A stretch of DNA of 64,000 nt from the NCBI GenBank assembly GCA_904063045.1, contig CAJFCJ010000004.1:861713-925712 (forward strand), in the 5' to 3' direction. Made by a program: the position numbers and the translations under genes. Positions within the stretch are counted from its first letter, which is position 1. Each line of letters starts with the position of its first letter. Shown here piece after piece: positions 61,501-64,000 of this stretch. This DNA is from Dimorphilus gyrociliatus. Lineage: Eukaryota > Animalia > Annelida. The notes under the pieces were generated by a model. That model did no database searches. It worked only from the letters and a program-made list of their open reading frames with translations, and was not told the DNA's origin.

Positions 61501-64000
61501 TCCCTTTTTTTCACGTTTGCCTATACATGAAAGAGTTCGTCTACATTGTCTTTGATTTTCATAATTTTCCTTTTATTTCTTATTCTATTTTATTACTGTT
61601 ATCTTCCCTTACAGTTTTGAAGACAATCCTGCCGTGCAGGTGAAGCTAATTTTAGAAGTTCATAAGAACGTCTTCTTTTACAAAGAGAGCAACTTCTATC
61701 CCGATTTAAACATAGAAGTTTCTAAATATTCGGCCAGACATATTGAATTTGGCCACATATTTATGGCAGTAAGAAGTAAGTAACGAAATCCTTTTGATAT
61801 ATTCGATTGAGTGATTCAATATGGTAATAGATAGGATGGAGAAAATATAGTAAAATCAATTGGAAACTAGGGTTGTACTATTTTTATCTTGGAAACTTTT
61901 TTCTCTTGTTTATATTTACAAAGATCCAACAACGAAATAAGTTGGGTGAATAATGACGTAGTTCCCCTTTATAATATAGTTTTCGGTTTCGTAAAGTGGC
62001 TACCCTGGGAAATTAGTGTTATTATTCATAAACCCCAAAATACCGTATCTGTCTTGTGTCAACTTTAAAAGCAAAGGCCAGTTAGGATGCGCATTATTTC
62101 ATTTATTCGTTTATGTAAACGCCACCCGCCCCTAATTCGGCTATAGCTCATACCTAATGCGTAGAAAAGGTCAAGATAAGGTTAGGAGCTGTTTTCCTTT
62201 GTTTTATAATAACATTTAATGAAAATTCCATCAGTTTGTTACCTTCTAATTAGTTTTTTAGTACCAAATTGCTCAGCTTGTGAGAAAAAATCCATTCCAT
62301 GAATCGTTTATTTTAATTTTCCTGTTACGAAATGAATAAATTAACGCACAGTAGGACACTTAAATTCCATATGTGCGTACGCGCGTGTATGTACAAGGTT
62401 TTTTTCTCCTTTTATCATTACGATTGATATATATCCAACAGAGAGCTGTCTATTTTTTTTTTATAAGAGAGGTTTTTTGTAACTTTCTCTTTATTTTTTA
62501 CGATTTTCATCTTACCTTCAACCCTCCCTCATCCTAAAAAAAAAGCGTAGTACAAAGAATGTTTTCCCCTTCATTTCCCTTTTTTCTAATGAAAAATTCT
62601 CTATCCTTCTGTCTGCCTGTCTATCTCTCAGCCTATATTGTTTTTCTCAATCTTTAAAGAAAGTATTGTTTGTTTTTTCTTTTTTGAAGTAAGATTCGGA
62701 AAGAAAAATATAGGCAATCGTTTCACTCCGTCGTTTTGCAGATGGGATAAGCTTTAAAGTTGTAATATTTGATCAATAGCACTCTCTACTTTTTATAGTT
62801 CTTATCTATAATTAGAATATTAGAAAAGTCAAGATTTTTGTTATCCCTTCGACATTTAAAGATGTGATTTAGTATTGATATATCATACATATTTTAACCT
62901 TGATAGCTTTCGTAATTTCCCAGTAAACTCTTGGGAATTAGATGGCTGTCTTGGCCACAATCTGTACGATAATCGATTTATAACTATTAGGCTAAAGGAG
63001 ATTTTCCTTTTGATTTTTGCTTAAAAACTTCAATACTTATTTTTATGTATCCTTAAATAGATGAAACTGAAATGGAACCATACAAAAAAAATCTATGCCC
63101 TATCGATAAAAATTACAAAGCAAACCTCAATTTAATTGAGTTTCCAGAAGAATGTCCGAATTCACGAGTTTATCAATGTGCTAACGGAAAAGAGTTAAAA
63201 ATTCAACAATCTTGTATGAAGAAGAGTAAGTAGAAAGAGTAAAATAGGTCTATTTGATTAATACCAGTCAGATTTAATAAAATACTTATTTCATATGCTC
63301 TTTCAATGCCATGATTGCTTACAGAATCCCTTCAACTATATTGCTTGGGCTGGTGGAAGAAACCAGGTTCTAATAAGAAAATTGGGGTTGTAAGACATGG
63401 GGATACAAAACCACCAAATTATAAGTGCTTCGTTAGTAACATTTTAATAGAGCTTTTATCATGCCAATCGTACTTATCATTATAATCCAATAGCATGCAT
63501 CGAGATCTGATAACGTAGAAACGTTGGTAACATTCAATCAAGGTATTCATATGGATTTGTGCGAGGCGGAACCAAGGGATTATTATAGTAGAGACGTCTA
63601 CACTTTTAGGAAGTTGGATGATTCAACTTGGAGTAAGATGATTTGTCGATTTCCCTCTTGGTTCGAGAGGCGGAAGTGGGTAGACATGTTGGGTAGATAT
63701 CGGTACGAGACTTGGAATACCGATAAGGAATTAAGAGAGAAATTGATTGATGGTGACGGAACGAGGACATTTAGATGTGTGGGAATTCGCTCTGATGACG
63801 ATCATTTTATAATCCATAGTGCAACATCCTCTTCATGGTCAGTTTATGTTTTTTCTGTCTATTATGTAATTACATTTCCTAGACGTCCCTAAACCTAATT
63901 GTAAAGCTTCGTACAACTGCAATTTCATAATGAATCGCGGGAATATTTAAAAATCAGTCTGCGAATTGTTATAGGCTTGATATTTATCATTCATTCATCA
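49490..64000 (+). CDS. Secreted or cell-surface Cys/Trp-repeat protein (resembles the invertebrate DUF7042/7043/7044 repeat family); 3'-truncated by the window
   Basis: Exons 49490-49550 (signal peptide, A|GTAAGT), 59791-59968, 61615-61775, 63061-63225, 63325-63431, 63494-63837, 63907->64000. All are phase-compatible and stop-free. Repeated motifs: CKIGKELHGIWY, LEVHKNVFFYKES, LCPI, LYCLGWW...YKCF, CRFPSWF...W, FRCVG. The family name is from recall and needs an HMM check; the last exon is tentative. Confidence 0.75.
52526..52554. repeat. (GA)n microsatellite
   Basis: About 14 GA units seen directly. Confidence 0.9.
56563..56586. repeat. (CT)n microsatellite
   Basis: 12 CT units seen directly. 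Confidence 0.9.

Noticed and set aside
62924-62990. Possible extra exon INSWELDGCLGH in the repeat-protein gene
   Set aside because: No strong in-phase donor, and direct splicing 61775/63061 already gives a coherent protein.

Overview
AT-rich eukaryotic (animal) genomic DNA with many very short introns (52-81 nt) and a few long ones (1-10 kb). This suggests a compact invertebrate genome, probably spiralian (inference only). I reconstructed eight spliced protein-coding genes by hand, checking splice phase at each junction: (1) a YeeE/YedE (TsuA-like) sulfur/thiosulfate transporter family gene, minus strand, 8 exons; (2) estrogen-related receptor ERR, plus, 3 coding exons, with a GC-AG second intron; (3) arginase with a mitochondrial-type presequence, minus; (4) UBXN1, minus; (5) NEDD4, minus, only 3 coding exons; (6) a KLHL1/4/5-type BTB-BACK-Kelch gene, minus, with two candidate N-terminal exons; (7) a divergent ionotropic receptor, plus; (8) a secreted or surface Cys/Trp-repeat protein with a 10.2 kb first intron, plus, running off the window end. 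I saw no rRNA, tRNA or CRISPR array. The most notable observations are an intron-containing animal member of a mainly prokaryotic sulfur-transporter family head-to-head with ERR, perfect ERR response elements clustered around ERR itself, a paired-CRE island in the GC-AG intron, recurrent CTCF-like motifs (two flank the receptor gene), and a possible decayed Gypsy gag next to an alternative Kelch first exon. All motif expectations are rough hand estimates assuming about 30% GC.
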